From positions 2,526,152 to 2,590,151 of the forward strand of contig JADJBV010000002.1 in the NCBI GenBank assembly GCA_016703535.1: a DNA stretch of 64,000 bases. The letters are read 5' to 3'. Below, piece by piece: positions 8,714-17,343 of the stretch (position 1 is its first letter; the number at the start of each line of letters is the position of its first letter). The position numbers and the translations under genes are program-made. Origin of the DNA: Deltaproteobacteria bacterium. GTDB taxonomy: Bacteria > Myxococcota > Kuafuiibacteriia > Kuafuiibacteriales > Kuafuiibacteriaceae. The notes under the pieces were generated by a model that was not told where the DNA came from, ran no database searches, and worked only from the letters and a program-made list of their open reading frames with translations.

Positions 8714-9130
8714 ATGACCAACGGTTACAAGCAGGCCTACCGCTCCAACCAATTTACGGGCATGCCCCCCGAGCGCATCACCCTGGCGCTCCTCGACGGC
8801 GCCCTCGCCGAACTCGAGCGGGCCCAAGACGCCTTCGACCACAAGGACGTCCCCCTCCGGGGTGAGTCCATCGGCCGGGCCCTGGCGATAATCTGCGAAC
8901 TCCAGAACACCCTCGACCTGGAGAAGGGCGGAGAACTCGGCCAGAACCTCCACGGGCTCTACGCCTTCATGATCCGAGAGCTCCTGCAAGCCAACTTGAA
9001 GGCCGACGCCAGCAAACTCCCGGCGGTGCAGGTGCCCCTGAGAGAGATCCGGGACGGCTGGGCCGAGATGATCGCCGCCTTGATAAGGCCGGCCTCGGTG
9101 GGCAACGCCCCGATCAAAGCCTACCTCTGA
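8714..9130 (+). CDS. fliS: Flagellin-specific chaperone FliS
   Basis: YRSNQ...TGMPPERITLALLDGAL...IGRALAIICELQNTLDLEKGGELGQNLHGLYAFM is canonical FliS. Confidence 0.9.
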   Translation: MTNGYKQAYRSNQFTGMPPERITLALLDGALAELERAQDAFDHKDVPLRGESIGRALAIICELQNTLDLEKGGELGQNLHGLYAFMIRELLQANLKADASKLPAVQVPLREIRDGWAEMIAALIRPASVGNAPIKAYL

Positions 9131-9131
9131 G

Positions 9132-9482
9132 TCAGTCGTTCCAGTAGTGCTCGAGGCGATAGGTTGCGGGGCCCGGCGCCCCATAGACCACCACGTTGAA
9201 GTTGCCGCTGAGACTCGCCTGGAAAGTGCAAGTACGGACGTTGCCGCTGGTCATGCACGAAAGGCCTGAAACTGGGCTTCCGTAGACGGTCAGAGATGCC
9301 GTGCCGCTCAGGATCGTCATCCTAATCTCGTGGGTATAGCCGGACTGAGCGCTCTGGGTATAGCTCGCCCACTGGCCATAGTGGACCGTGCAGGCGCTGC
9401 ACACGACCTTGCCACCCGCGAACACGGTCGGGCTAATGCTGAGAAGGGAGAGGAGGAGGAGTACGGGGATGAATCTCTTCAT
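9132..9482 (-). CDS. Small secreted protein (116 aa), PPC (pre-peptidase C-terminal)-like beta-sandwich
   Basis: Signal peptide MKRFIPVLLLLSLLSISPTVFA, then a TASLTVYG...GNFNVVVYGAPGPATYRLE pattern. GC and codon usage are atypical (AGA, GTA, ATT, CTT). Confidence 0.65.
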   Translation of the reverse strand: MKRFIPVLLLLSLLSISPTVFAGGKVVCSACTVHYGQWASYTQSAQSGYTHEIRMTILSGTASLTVYGSPVSGLSCMTSGNVRTCTFQASLSGNFNVVVYGAPGPATYRLEHYWND

Positions 9483-9495
9483 GCCTTCGGGATAT

Positions 9496-9505
9496 CCCCC
9501 CCCCC
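9496..9505. repeat. Homopolymeric C10/G10 tract
   Basis: Ten consecutive C on the + strand (G10 on the coding strand), 13 nt upstream of the ATG at 9482 and 8 nt downstream of the subtilase stop. It is the longest homopolymer I saw in the window. Confidence 0.95.
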
Positions 9506-9513
9506 ATTTCAGG

Positions 9514-11456
9514 TCAAGGGAGGTCCTTCACGATGATGAGGGGACTCGATGAAGAGTAAGCTCCTGAGTCGGCCTCCACCTCGAAGTCGACTGTCGCCCA
9601 TTCGGTGTCGGTGGAGCTGAAAGGAAGCTCCTCCACCTTAATCGGGTCGGCGTAGAAGAGAGCCTCTTCATTCACCACCAGGTCGATGATCTTCTTGTCC
9701 TGGTTGAACGGCTTGATCACGATGGTGGGTTTTCTCAGCTTGCCCGCGTAATCGCGGTTGAGGTTCAGGTACGCCGCGAACACCTCCATCGGGCAGGTCG
9801 GACAGGCGATGCCGTCGGGCTGGGGCGTCGAGAAGGGCCGGGCGTGGTGGTTTTCGAGTTGGCTGGCGGGGCAGTCGTGGGTGCTGAGAGGGTCCAGGGA
9901 GTAGTATTGCCCGACGCAGGGGGCGAGGGCGGCGACCGGCTGAACGACGGGCTGGGTGCACTCCAGCGGTTGAATGCTCTGGGTGGTGATGTCCGGTCGA
10001 GCGTCCCGGAAGGCGCTGGACTTGGTGCATTGGGGGTTCGTGCTGGCGCCGAGCTGCTGCAGCTTCTTGAGCGTCCCGCAGATCGAGACCCGGGCCACGT
10101 TATTGTTGCAGTCGGGGGCGACGCAGAGCTCCCGCGTCAGTTCGACGCTCCGCCCGGGGAGCAGCACCCCGGCCTCCCTCACCAGCTTCATGACGTCGTG
10201 GGCGCCTTGGTTCGGTTTGTAGCGCCAGGCGATGGCCGCAGCGGCCGAGGCTACCGCCGACGCGACCGAACTTCCGGTGAAGACATCGGTGATCTCAGCG
10301 GCGCCATTGGAGATGCTGATGTGGCTGGCGGGGGCCACCAAAGGGGGCCGGCTCAGGGGTCGACGGTTTGGCAGCTCGGTGTCGCGTCCGTCGACACCGC
10401 CAACGGCGTAGACGATCCGCTGGTATGAGGTCGTGGGGACCGGAAGGGTCACGCCCGGGGCCAACGCCGAGCACTGGGCGACGGTCGGTGCGGCCTTGGC
10501 CTCCCACGCGCCGGGGTGGGAGGGGCCCATCGATGGGTTCGGGCCGTCGACTGAGTTGCCCGAAGCAGCGACGACCAAGGCGCCCTGGCAAACGGCGAGG
10601 CTGATCGCGGTGTAAATCGCTCGAATCGGGGGGATAGTTGATGGAGATCGTCGGCAGGGAAGTTGCCTCCGTAACGGGCCCCGTCCCACCCGACGCTCAG
10701 GTTCAGGACGGTCTTCCCGGGTTGGGTGGCGGCCGTGGCCATGGCTTGGTGGATCGCCAGGGCGAGGTCTCCGAAGCTCCCAAAACGCCCGCCGGTTGGA
10801 TCCCGGACGAGGCCGGTGGCCGACCTAATCAAGGGCAGAGCGAGGGTGTTGGCCACCTCCGCCGCGCAGGTTGGGCTCCCCGGGGGGCACGCCAGCTGAC
10901 GGACGATCATGCCGACCATCTTGCCGTGTTCGATCAGACCCTCGGCGGGGAACGGAAAACCGGTCTGTTCGGAGGAGTCGACGACCACCACCTTGGTCGG
11001 GGGCTGGCCGAGTGAGTTCGGCGTGGGCGTGGGGAGCGGGGCGACCGAGTCGACTTGGGCGCGAAAGGCGGCCTCCAACGCCGCCTGGTTCTCCATCGTC
11101 AGCTCCGTGGCGTGTGGAGTCACCACTGCGCAGTCGAGCTTCGGGGAGTCCAGGCCGAATCCCCAAGTCGGGAGCTTGGCGATCGCTGGCGGTCCGGAGC
11201 CGTACCAGGTGAACACGCAGTAGTTGGCGAGGTCGCCAGAGATGTCGCCATTGAAGAGGGGTTCGACGTGCCAAGCGCTATTCGGGATGGGAACGCAGGA
11301 CGATCGCTGAGGGGCGAAGCCGATGTAGCGGTCACCTTCGCAGGTCGCTAGCGGTGGATCGGCCATGGCGGTTCTGGCGGCCAGGCTGAAGCAGCCGAGC
11401 CCGAACAACCACAGCGGGGAGCGGAGAGGTCGATTGAGGATCATCGTTGTGGACAT
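9514..11456 (-). pseudogene. Subtilisin-like (S8) serine protease, reading frame broken at a G6/C6 run near 10628-10633
   Basis: ORF 10449..11483 carries the signal peptide, Asp (VVVVDS), His (EHGKMVG) and NLSVGW. ORF 9514..10689 carries Asn (VVAASGNS) and Ser (FTGSSVASAVAS). One extra C in the run would join ...DLHQLSP to PIRAIYTAISLAV.... Confidence 0.8.
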
Positions 11457-11505
11457 ATGAGGTGAGGGCCTGGTCCCTGACATGGGTGGGTGAAGGTTTC
11501 GTGGG

Positions 11506-14184
11506 CTATGGTGTAACTATTCGAAAGGACTGCCAATCCTCCGTGGATGCTTCTTCGGCGAGGCTCGCCACTGCGGCTTGGTAGGCGCGATCGATCGGGG
11601 CCGTCGGGGTCCGGTAGAGCGCCTCCACGAACCGCCGGGCCAGGCGGTCGGGGACCGGTCGGCTCGGGCCTACGATCCAACTCGCGCCCGCCAAGGCGAA
11701 GGCCTCGGCCAGGGCCACTTGGGGCGCCGTGCCCTCTCCCGGACCGGTCCCTTCGCAGCTCGAGAGGACGACGGTGGCCGGCGCTCGCGGTAAGGTCAGC
11801 AACTCTCCAGCGGTGAGGGACTGCGCGCCGGCGAGGAGGAGGGCGCTCTCCAGGCCCCCAGTGCTGTCCGTGACGCTATGGCCGGCGTAGTGGAGGTGAG
11901 AAGTCTGGGAGAGGGCTGCGAGCAGAGCGCTGCGGGTGGCCGAGGCGCCCGAGAGGAGCAGCACGGGACCCGACGCCTTGAGCCGATCGTTGAGCCAACG
12001 GCCCTCGTCCCTGGCCTCTGGCAGGTCTTCCCGAGGATCGACCGCGATCAGCGCGTTGCCTGAAACCGCTGCGCCAGCCTCAAGGCCTCCATCGACCGCG
12101 TAGCTCACGAGGTGCGTTGCAATAAGGGCCTGGCCCCGCCAAGGGGCGGCGTGGAGGTCCTTGGCGGCGAGGGGGCCGTCGAGGAGCAACTCGACGTGTT
12201 GGGTTCCAGAGAGCTCCTCCGAAAATGGCTCCAACAAGGCTCGCCCCAGGCCTGGAGGCGTGAAGTCCTCCGGAGCCAGCTCGACCCACGAGCACCGGGC
12301 GGCAGAGCGGGTCTGTGCACACGCCAGGTACCGCCTCGCGCTCTCCGCCGAATAGAGGAGAACCAAGCGGTCCGGTGGGAGCACCCCTGAAGCTTTGGCC
12401 CTCCCAGGCCTCACGATGGTCAAGGCGTTCTCCAGGAGGCCTCGCCGGGTGCGCAGAGCCGTCGCCTGCGCTTCGGCGGTCCGGGGCAACCGCTCACTTG
12501 CCGCGCCCCAGGAGGCGTCGAGGGCGGACTCCATGTTCCGCGTCGCGAGTCGATACTCCTCGACGACCGCGGCCCACCGAGCCCGGTCTTCAGGCGGCAA
12601 CGCTTCCAGGCGCGCCGTGGTGACGAGGACATCGTGCCTCTGAGCTCGCGCTTCCCGCGCGACGTTCATCGCGTCTTGGGCCCGGCCCTCCGAAAAGAGC
12701 AGCCTGATCTCTGCCCACGTCGCGCGTCGCCGCGAGGAGAGAAAGGAGGCGCGGCCCCCATCAAGGGCAAGGGCCACCGACTCGTCGCGGAGCACGGCGG
12801 CTGCGCTTCGATAGGCGGCGCGGGCCTCCTCCTTCCGTCCCAGGGGCGTCAGGGCGCTGGCGCGTCCGACCAGGGTGCGCCACACGGCCGAGGGGCTCGT
12901 ACCTCCCGCCTCTTGAGCCATGGTGTCGTAGCGTTCCAGGGCCTGCCCGGGTTGGCCTCGGGCCAGGGCTAGGCCGGCTTCCAGTTCCCTTAGCCACAAG
13001 CGGCGCTCGAGGGTGGCCTCGGCACCCAGCTGGCGGGCCTCTCGCAGTTGGGTCTCTGCGGCCGGGAGGTCGCCGGCCAGCAGTAGGAGGAGACCAAGGT
13101 TGATCGCGCTGTTCCCGGCCTGGTCCCGATCTGGGCAGGAGCGCCTGAACAAATCCTGCGCGGCGCGACCGGTCTCGATGGCTCGAGCCAGGGCTGCTTC
13201 TGTCCGCTCGTCATCGACGATCGACAGCCAAGTCAAGCCGCGCAAAACAGTCGCCTCGTTACATGGGTGCCTGAGCGTCATGTCGTGGTTGCGAAGACCC
13301 TCTAGGATGCGGCGCTGCTCTTGGTACCTGCCCTGGTCACCGAGGATGCGTCCTTCAAGAAGGGCTGCAGCCCAGTCGGTCTTGGCGCGCTCGACCCGCG
13401 ACGTCACTGCGCGCACGGACCTTATCGCGGTTTGGGCGGAACGAAGGTCGCCAGTGCGCATCGCTAGTGCGGCACGGTAATAGCGGTGGTGGATCGCGCC
13501 GAGAGTATCCTCCGGTAGTTGCACCGCCTCGACCTCGTTGAGGATCCGATCGGCCATCTTTAGGTCCCGGTCTCCGTCCACTGCCGTCTGGGCAATCGAG
13601 AGCTGTTCATTCACAGCGCGGGCGACTAGCCCTGCGCCCTTGGCGACCTCAACCGCCCGACCCCACTTCTCTCGGGCCTCATCGATCTCGCCTCGTCTCC
13701 CGTGAGCCGCGCCCAACTGCTTGAGGGCCTCCGCTGCTTCTCTCGGCTCCTTCGACTCCTTCAGCACCTCCCACTTCTCTTTGGCCTCGGCCTCTTTGCC
13801 TTCGCTCTGGAGGCGTTCGGCCTCTTTCATCAGCTCGGACTTTTCGTGGAGCTCGAGGGGCCAGCGGCGGCTGTCGATGCCTTTTCGGCGGGCCTCGATG
13901 ATCACCGCGCCGGCGGTGGCGGTGGCGATGAAGCGGGTTCGGTAGCCGTCTTCGTAGGGGTGGAACTTGACCGGCGAGGGGCCGTGGTCGGTCTTGATCG
14001 AGAGCTGGGCGCCTTCTTTGACCTTCACCCAGATCACAAGTTTGGTGGGGCCGTCGATCTCGCAGATCGGGCCCTTTCGGAGGTCCCGGCAGCCGACGAG
14101 CTCCAGGGTCTCGATCAGGTCCTCGGGCTTGGGTTGGCAGGCCGAGGTCAGGAGGACGAGCAATGGCCAGGGGGAGCGGCGCAT
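11506..14184 (-). CDS. TPR-repeat CHAT-domain (caspase-like) lipoprotein, 892 aa
   Basis: Lipobox MRRSPWPLLVLLTSAC, a long Ala/Leu/Arg-rich TPR-like middle, and a C-terminal CHAT dyad (HLHYAGHS and VVLSSCEG, followed by AFALAGASWIVG). Confidence 0.85.
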   Translation of the reverse strand: MRRSPWPLLVLLTSACQPKPEDLIETLELVGCRDLRKGPICEIDGPTKLVIWVKVKEGAQLSIKTDHGPSPVKFHPYEDGYRTRFIATATAGAVIIEARRKGIDSRRWPLELHEKSELMKEAERLQSEGKEAEAKEKWEVLKESKEPREAAEALKQLGAAHGRRGEIDEAREKWGRAVEVAKGAGLVARAVNEQLSIAQTAVDGDRDLKMADRILNEVEAVQLPEDTLGAIHHRYYRAALAMRTGDLRSAQTAIRSVRAVTSRVERAKTDWAAALLEGRILGDQGRYQEQRRILEGLRNHDMTLRHPCNEATVLRGLTWLSIVDDERTEAALARAIETGRAAQDLFRRSCPDRDQAGNSAINLGLLLLLAGDLPAAETQLREARQLGAEATLERRLWLRELEAGLALARGQPGQALERYDTMAQEAGGTSPSAVWRTLVGRASALTPLGRKEEARAAYRSAAAVLRDESVALALDGGRASFLSSRRRATWAEIRLLFSEGRAQDAMNVAREARAQRHDVLVTTARLEALPPEDRARWAAVVEEYRLATRNMESALDASWGAASERLPRTAEAQATALRTRRGLLENALTIVRPGRAKASGVLPPDRLVLLYSAESARRYLACAQTRSAARCSWVELAPEDFTPPGLGRALLEPFSEELSGTQHVELLLDGPLAAKDLHAAPWRGQALIATHLVSYAVDGGLEAGAAVSGNALIAVDPREDLPEARDEGRWLNDRLKASGPVLLLSGASATRSALLAALSQTSHLHYAGHSVTDSTGGLESALLLAGAQSLTAGELLTLPRAPATVVLSSCEGTGPGEGTAPQVALAEAFALAGASWIVGPSRPVPDRLARRFVEALYRTPTAPIDRAYQAAVASLAEEASTEDWQSFRIVTP

Positions 14185-14229
14185 TCGGCCCCATAGAAGC
14201 GCGAACGCCCCCCGGAGCCAACCCGCCGT

Positions 14230-14940
14230 TCAGCGCGGGCGGACGATCAACTTCACGCTCTTCGACTGCTGGTCAGCGTGGAGCCCGTCGGGGGCCTCGG
14301 GCAGCTGGCCAGGGCGGCCAACGACCATCACCACGGTGACCGTCCCGGTCTCGACCCCCAACAGCTGGGCCGGGGTGCCACGCCAACGAAGGGCGCCGTC
14401 GGGGGAGATCTCGGGCGCGGCGGCGATCACCCTGACCGTTGTTCCCTCCTCGAGGAACAGCCGCCCGGCCAACGCACCTTCGGCCGGTTGATCCGGGACC
14501 AACACCAGCTCGATGCGTGAGTCGGAGCGCACCGTCGGGGCCCGGGGCAGGTCTTCACTCCGGTACAAGGCGTCTTGGACCTGGGCGTTGACGGCATAGC
14601 TCGGCAACGGCGCGTAACGATCGGTCATCGCAAAGATCCCGATCATGATCGCGGCGGCCAAGGCCAACAGGCTGCCGACGATCGGCGCCTTCCGGAAGGG
14701 GAGGGTCCGAACCTCGGCCAAACTCCGCTCTGCGATCCGATCTTGGGTGGCCTCGCTGAGGGGCGCGTAGAGCTCCAGCGCTTCGGCCAACTTTGGGTCG
14801 ACGGCCGATCGGGCCAACAGTGCTTGTCGGGCCTCAGGGGACAGGCGACCCGAGGCATAGGCCTCCAGCTCGGCGTCCAAGGCTTGATCTTGTTCCGCCA
14901 TCAGCTGTGCCACTTCTTTCGGCAGCAGGTCATCGGCCAT
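14230..14940 (-). CDS. Single-pass anti-sigma factor (putative)
   Basis: The start at 14940 overlaps the sigma stop by 11 nt. It has an N-terminal helical cytoplasmic part, one TM segment (IVGSLLALAAAIMIGIFAM) and a C-terminal exported domain of about 120 aa. There is no Zn-binding HxxxCxxC. Confidence 0.7.
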   Translation of the reverse strand: MADDLLPKEVAQLMAEQDQALDAELEAYASGRLSPEARQALLARSAVDPKLAEALELYAPLSEATQDRIAERSLAEVRTLPFRKAPIVGSLLALAAAIMIGIFAMTDRYAPLPSYAVNAQVQDALYRSEDLPRAPTVRSDSRIELVLVPDQPAEGALAGRLFLEEGTTVRVIAAAPEISPDGALRWRGTPAQLLGVETGTVTVVMVVGRPGQLPEAPDGLHADQQSKSVKLIVRPR

Positions 14941-15589
14941 GAGCGTCCTCCGTGGCCAGTTCGTCTCTGAGCTCTCGGACCAATCGGGAGAGGCGGCTCC
15001 GCCAGGCGTAAAGGGCGTCCGGTGAAGTCCCGGTACTTTGGGAGACCACATCAACTGATTGGTCCTCTATGTATAGAAGTTGAAAGAACTGACGTCCCTT
15101 CGGGCTGAGGCGCTCCCGGAGGCGGTCCGCCAGCTGCGCCAGAAGCTCTCGGGAGGCGACCAGCTCTTCGTGGCTGGCCGAGCTGCCCCCCAAACGAACG
15201 ATGGTGTCGGTGAGGGTGGGATCTTCGGTCCAGGGGTTGCGCTTGCCGGTGCGCATGATCATCCCTACCTCGCGCTCGGCCAAAAATCCGACAAAACGTT
15301 CGAAGGAGAGCCCCCGGGCCTGATCCCAGGCCAACAGCGCCCGTCCCTGGTGCGCCAGCAGCGCCGCGAAGACCTCCTGCATCAGGTCCTCCAGCTCTTG
15401 CCGGGTGTTCCGGCCCCGGGAAGAGCTGGCCCTCCGCAACAAGGTCCTCGCCACTCGCGTTTGAATGACGGGCGTCAGCGCCGCCACCAGCCCGCGCATC
15501 GCCGGTTCGTCGCCCGCCAAGGCCCGCTTCAAGTGGGCTTTGATCGTGTCCTCGGACGCAGACGACAACTCCAAGACCTCGGCGCGCAT
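14930..15589 (-). CDS. ECF-type RNA polymerase sigma-70 family factor
   Basis: 219 aa. Region 2-like LMQEVFAALLAH...FERFVGFLAERE and region 4 HTH LSPKGRQFFQLLYIEDQSVDVVSQSTGTSPDALYAWRSRL. The upstream part of ORF 14930..16387 is a GC artefact overlapping the astacin gene. Confidence 0.85.
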   Translation of the reverse strand: MRAEVLELSSASEDTIKAHLKRALAGDEPAMRGLVAALTPVIQTRVARTLLRRASSSRGRNTRQELEDLMQEVFAALLAHQGRALLAWDQARGLSFERFVGFLAEREVGMIMRTGKRNPWTEDPTLTDTIVRLGGSSASHEELVASRELLAQLADRLRERLSPKGRQFFQLLYIEDQSVDVVSQSTGTSPDALYAWRSRLSRLVRELRDELATEDAHGR

Positions 15590-15711
15590 CCACCGCTGAA
15601 CATAAGGGTGCCCGATCGACTCCGCAACTCGCGCGCCGAGGATTTCGCGTGTTGTCCGAGGGATGTCAGATCCTACCGATGGTCCGCATATCAGTGAAGA
15701 CCGAGCTCCAT

Positions 15712-17343
15712 TCAGTGGAGCAGTTGCGCCTCCAGGCTGCACCACGGGGCGTTGCTCTGCCAGTCGGTGCCCAAAAACTGCCCCGATTCGCTGGCCAGAT
15801 CGACCCACTTCAGGCCGCTCTCCACGTGGTGGCAGACCCAGTCGTCGCGCCCGTCGTTGTTGACATCCCCCACGAACAAGCGGGACCCGCCGCTGGTGCA
15901 CCAGTTGTTGGCGACGGCCCAGTTGGATCCGCCGAACTCGCCGTCCAGGTTGGCGTAGTCCAGGTGTTTGTCGCCGGTGCGCGGGTCGTAGCAAAACAGA
16001 TCGTCTCGTCCGTCGCCGTTGTAGTCGCCGACGATGATGGTCCGCGTTTCGGCGCCATTGCACCAGCCGCCGGCCCGGGTCCAGTCGTAGCCGCCGAACT
16101 CCCCGCTGGCGTCGGCGTAGTCGATGCCTTGGCTGCCGGTCGCGAAGTCGTGGCAGTAGAGGTCGGCCCGCTGGTCGCCATTGAAGTCGCCCACGAACAC
16201 CCGCTGGCGGTCTTCGTTGCAGAAGCTGGCGTTGGCGCGGCTCCAGTTGGTCCCGCTGAACTCTCCATTGGCGCCCGCGTAGTCGATGAACTGAGCGCCG
16301 CTGATGAAGTCGTAGCAGAGCAGGTCCTCTCGCCCATCGCCGTCGTAGTCGCCGATCAAAAGTTGCCGGGTGTCGCTGGCGGTGCACCAGGCCGCGCTGC
16401 TCGACCAGTCGGTGCCGCCGAAGGTGCCGCTGTTGTTGGCCCGGTCCACGAAGCGGGCGCCGCTCAGCTGATCAAAACACAGAAGATCGGTCCGATCGTC
16501 GCCGTTGAAGTCGCCGGTGAAGAGCAACCTCCCTTCGGTGGTGTTGCACCAGCCGCTGGGGCTGACCCAGTCGCTGCCGTTGAACTGTCCGCTCCCAAAA
16601 GCGCGATCCAAATACAAGGTGCCGCTCGAGGTGTGGTGACAGAGGAGGTCCACCTTGCCGTCCAAGTTGAAGTCCCGGAGGTGAGGATCGTCGGCGTTGG
16701 GCGGCCCATACAGCCGTTCGGTGCCGACCCGATCGGTGGCGCTGAGTTGGCTGGCGTTGGCGCAGTAGCCCATGATCGAGTCGAAGTCGTAGGGCCCAAA
16801 GACGTGGGTGCTGTCGGGGCCGAGAAGATCTCCCGGGCACACCTCGGGGCTGTCCCAACGTTGATGTTCATGCCCGTAGCCCAAGACGTGACCGAACTCG
16901 TGGAGGGTGGAGGCCACGATGCAGGCCCTCCGATCCAAATTGTTGGCCGTGCAGCGCGGCCGCCACTCGTGCACGTTGTCGTTGAAGTCTACGTACACTT
17001 CCGTCAGTGGCCCGCCGTCGTAAGCGGCGCTGTACGCTCCGCCGATCTCGATGACCACGCCCTGGGCGCCCGGAGCACATTCACCCCAGCCGACGAAGTT
17101 GAGGTTGGCGCTCCGCATCCAAGAGCGTTGACCTCGCAGCGCCTCTCGGACCCAGCCCTTTTCGGTCGCGTAACCTGCGGTCAACCAACACACCGGGATC
17201 TCGCGTTCCGTCCGGAGGATGGCCGCCTCGTAAAAGAGGTCCTGGGCCGAGGTCCCCAGGGGCTCGGGGCTGGGCGAGGCGTCGGGCCCGCAAGCCCAGA
17301 GCAGGGTCAGGGGCCAAAGGGCCCAGCGGGGGAGCAGCTTCAT
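15712..17343 (-). CDS. Astacin-like (M12A-type) zinc metalloprotease lipoprotein fused to a six-repeat FG-GAP/VCBS-like beta-propeller
   Basis: Lipobox LTLLWAC; HEFGHVLGYGHEHQR (HExxHxxGxxHE) plus a SIMGY Met-turn. Six repeats of about 49 aa follow, each with GD(F/Y)NGDGRxDL(L/F)C and a W..x..WC. Confidence 0.85.
   Translation of the reverse strand: MKLLPRWALWPLTLLWACGPDASPSPEPLGTSAQDLFYEAAILRTEREIPVCWLTAGYATEKGWVREALRGQRSWMRSANLNFVGWGECAPGAQGVVIEIGGAYSAAYDGGPLTEVYVDFNDNVHEWRPRCTANNLDRRACIVASTLHEFGHVLGYGHEHQRWDSPEVCPGDLLGPDSTHVFGPYDFDSIMGYCANASQLSATDRVGTERLYGPPNADDPHLRDFNLDGKVDLLCHHTSSGTLYLDRAFGSGQFNGSDWVSPSGWCNTTEGRLLFTGDFNGDDRTDLLCFDQLSGARFVDRANNSGTFGGTDWSSSAAWCTASDTRQLLIGDYDGDGREDLLCYDFISGAQFIDYAGANGEFSGTNWSRANASFCNEDRQRVFVGDFNGDQRADLYCHDFATGSQGIDYADASGEFGGYDWTRAGGWCNGAETRTIIVGDYNGDGRDDLFCYDPRTGDKHLDYANLDGEFGGSNWAVANNWCTSGGSRLFVGDVNNDGRDDWVCHHVESGLKWVDLASESGQFLGTDWQSNAPWCSLEAQLLH

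Noticed and set aside
14930-16387. A 485-aa ORF suggesting an N-terminally extended sigma factor.
   Set aside because: The upstream 266 codons are Arg/Gly/Pro-rich and overlap the astacin propeller in another frame. No start codon exists between 15589 and the overlap, so the sigma factor starts at the ATG at 15589.
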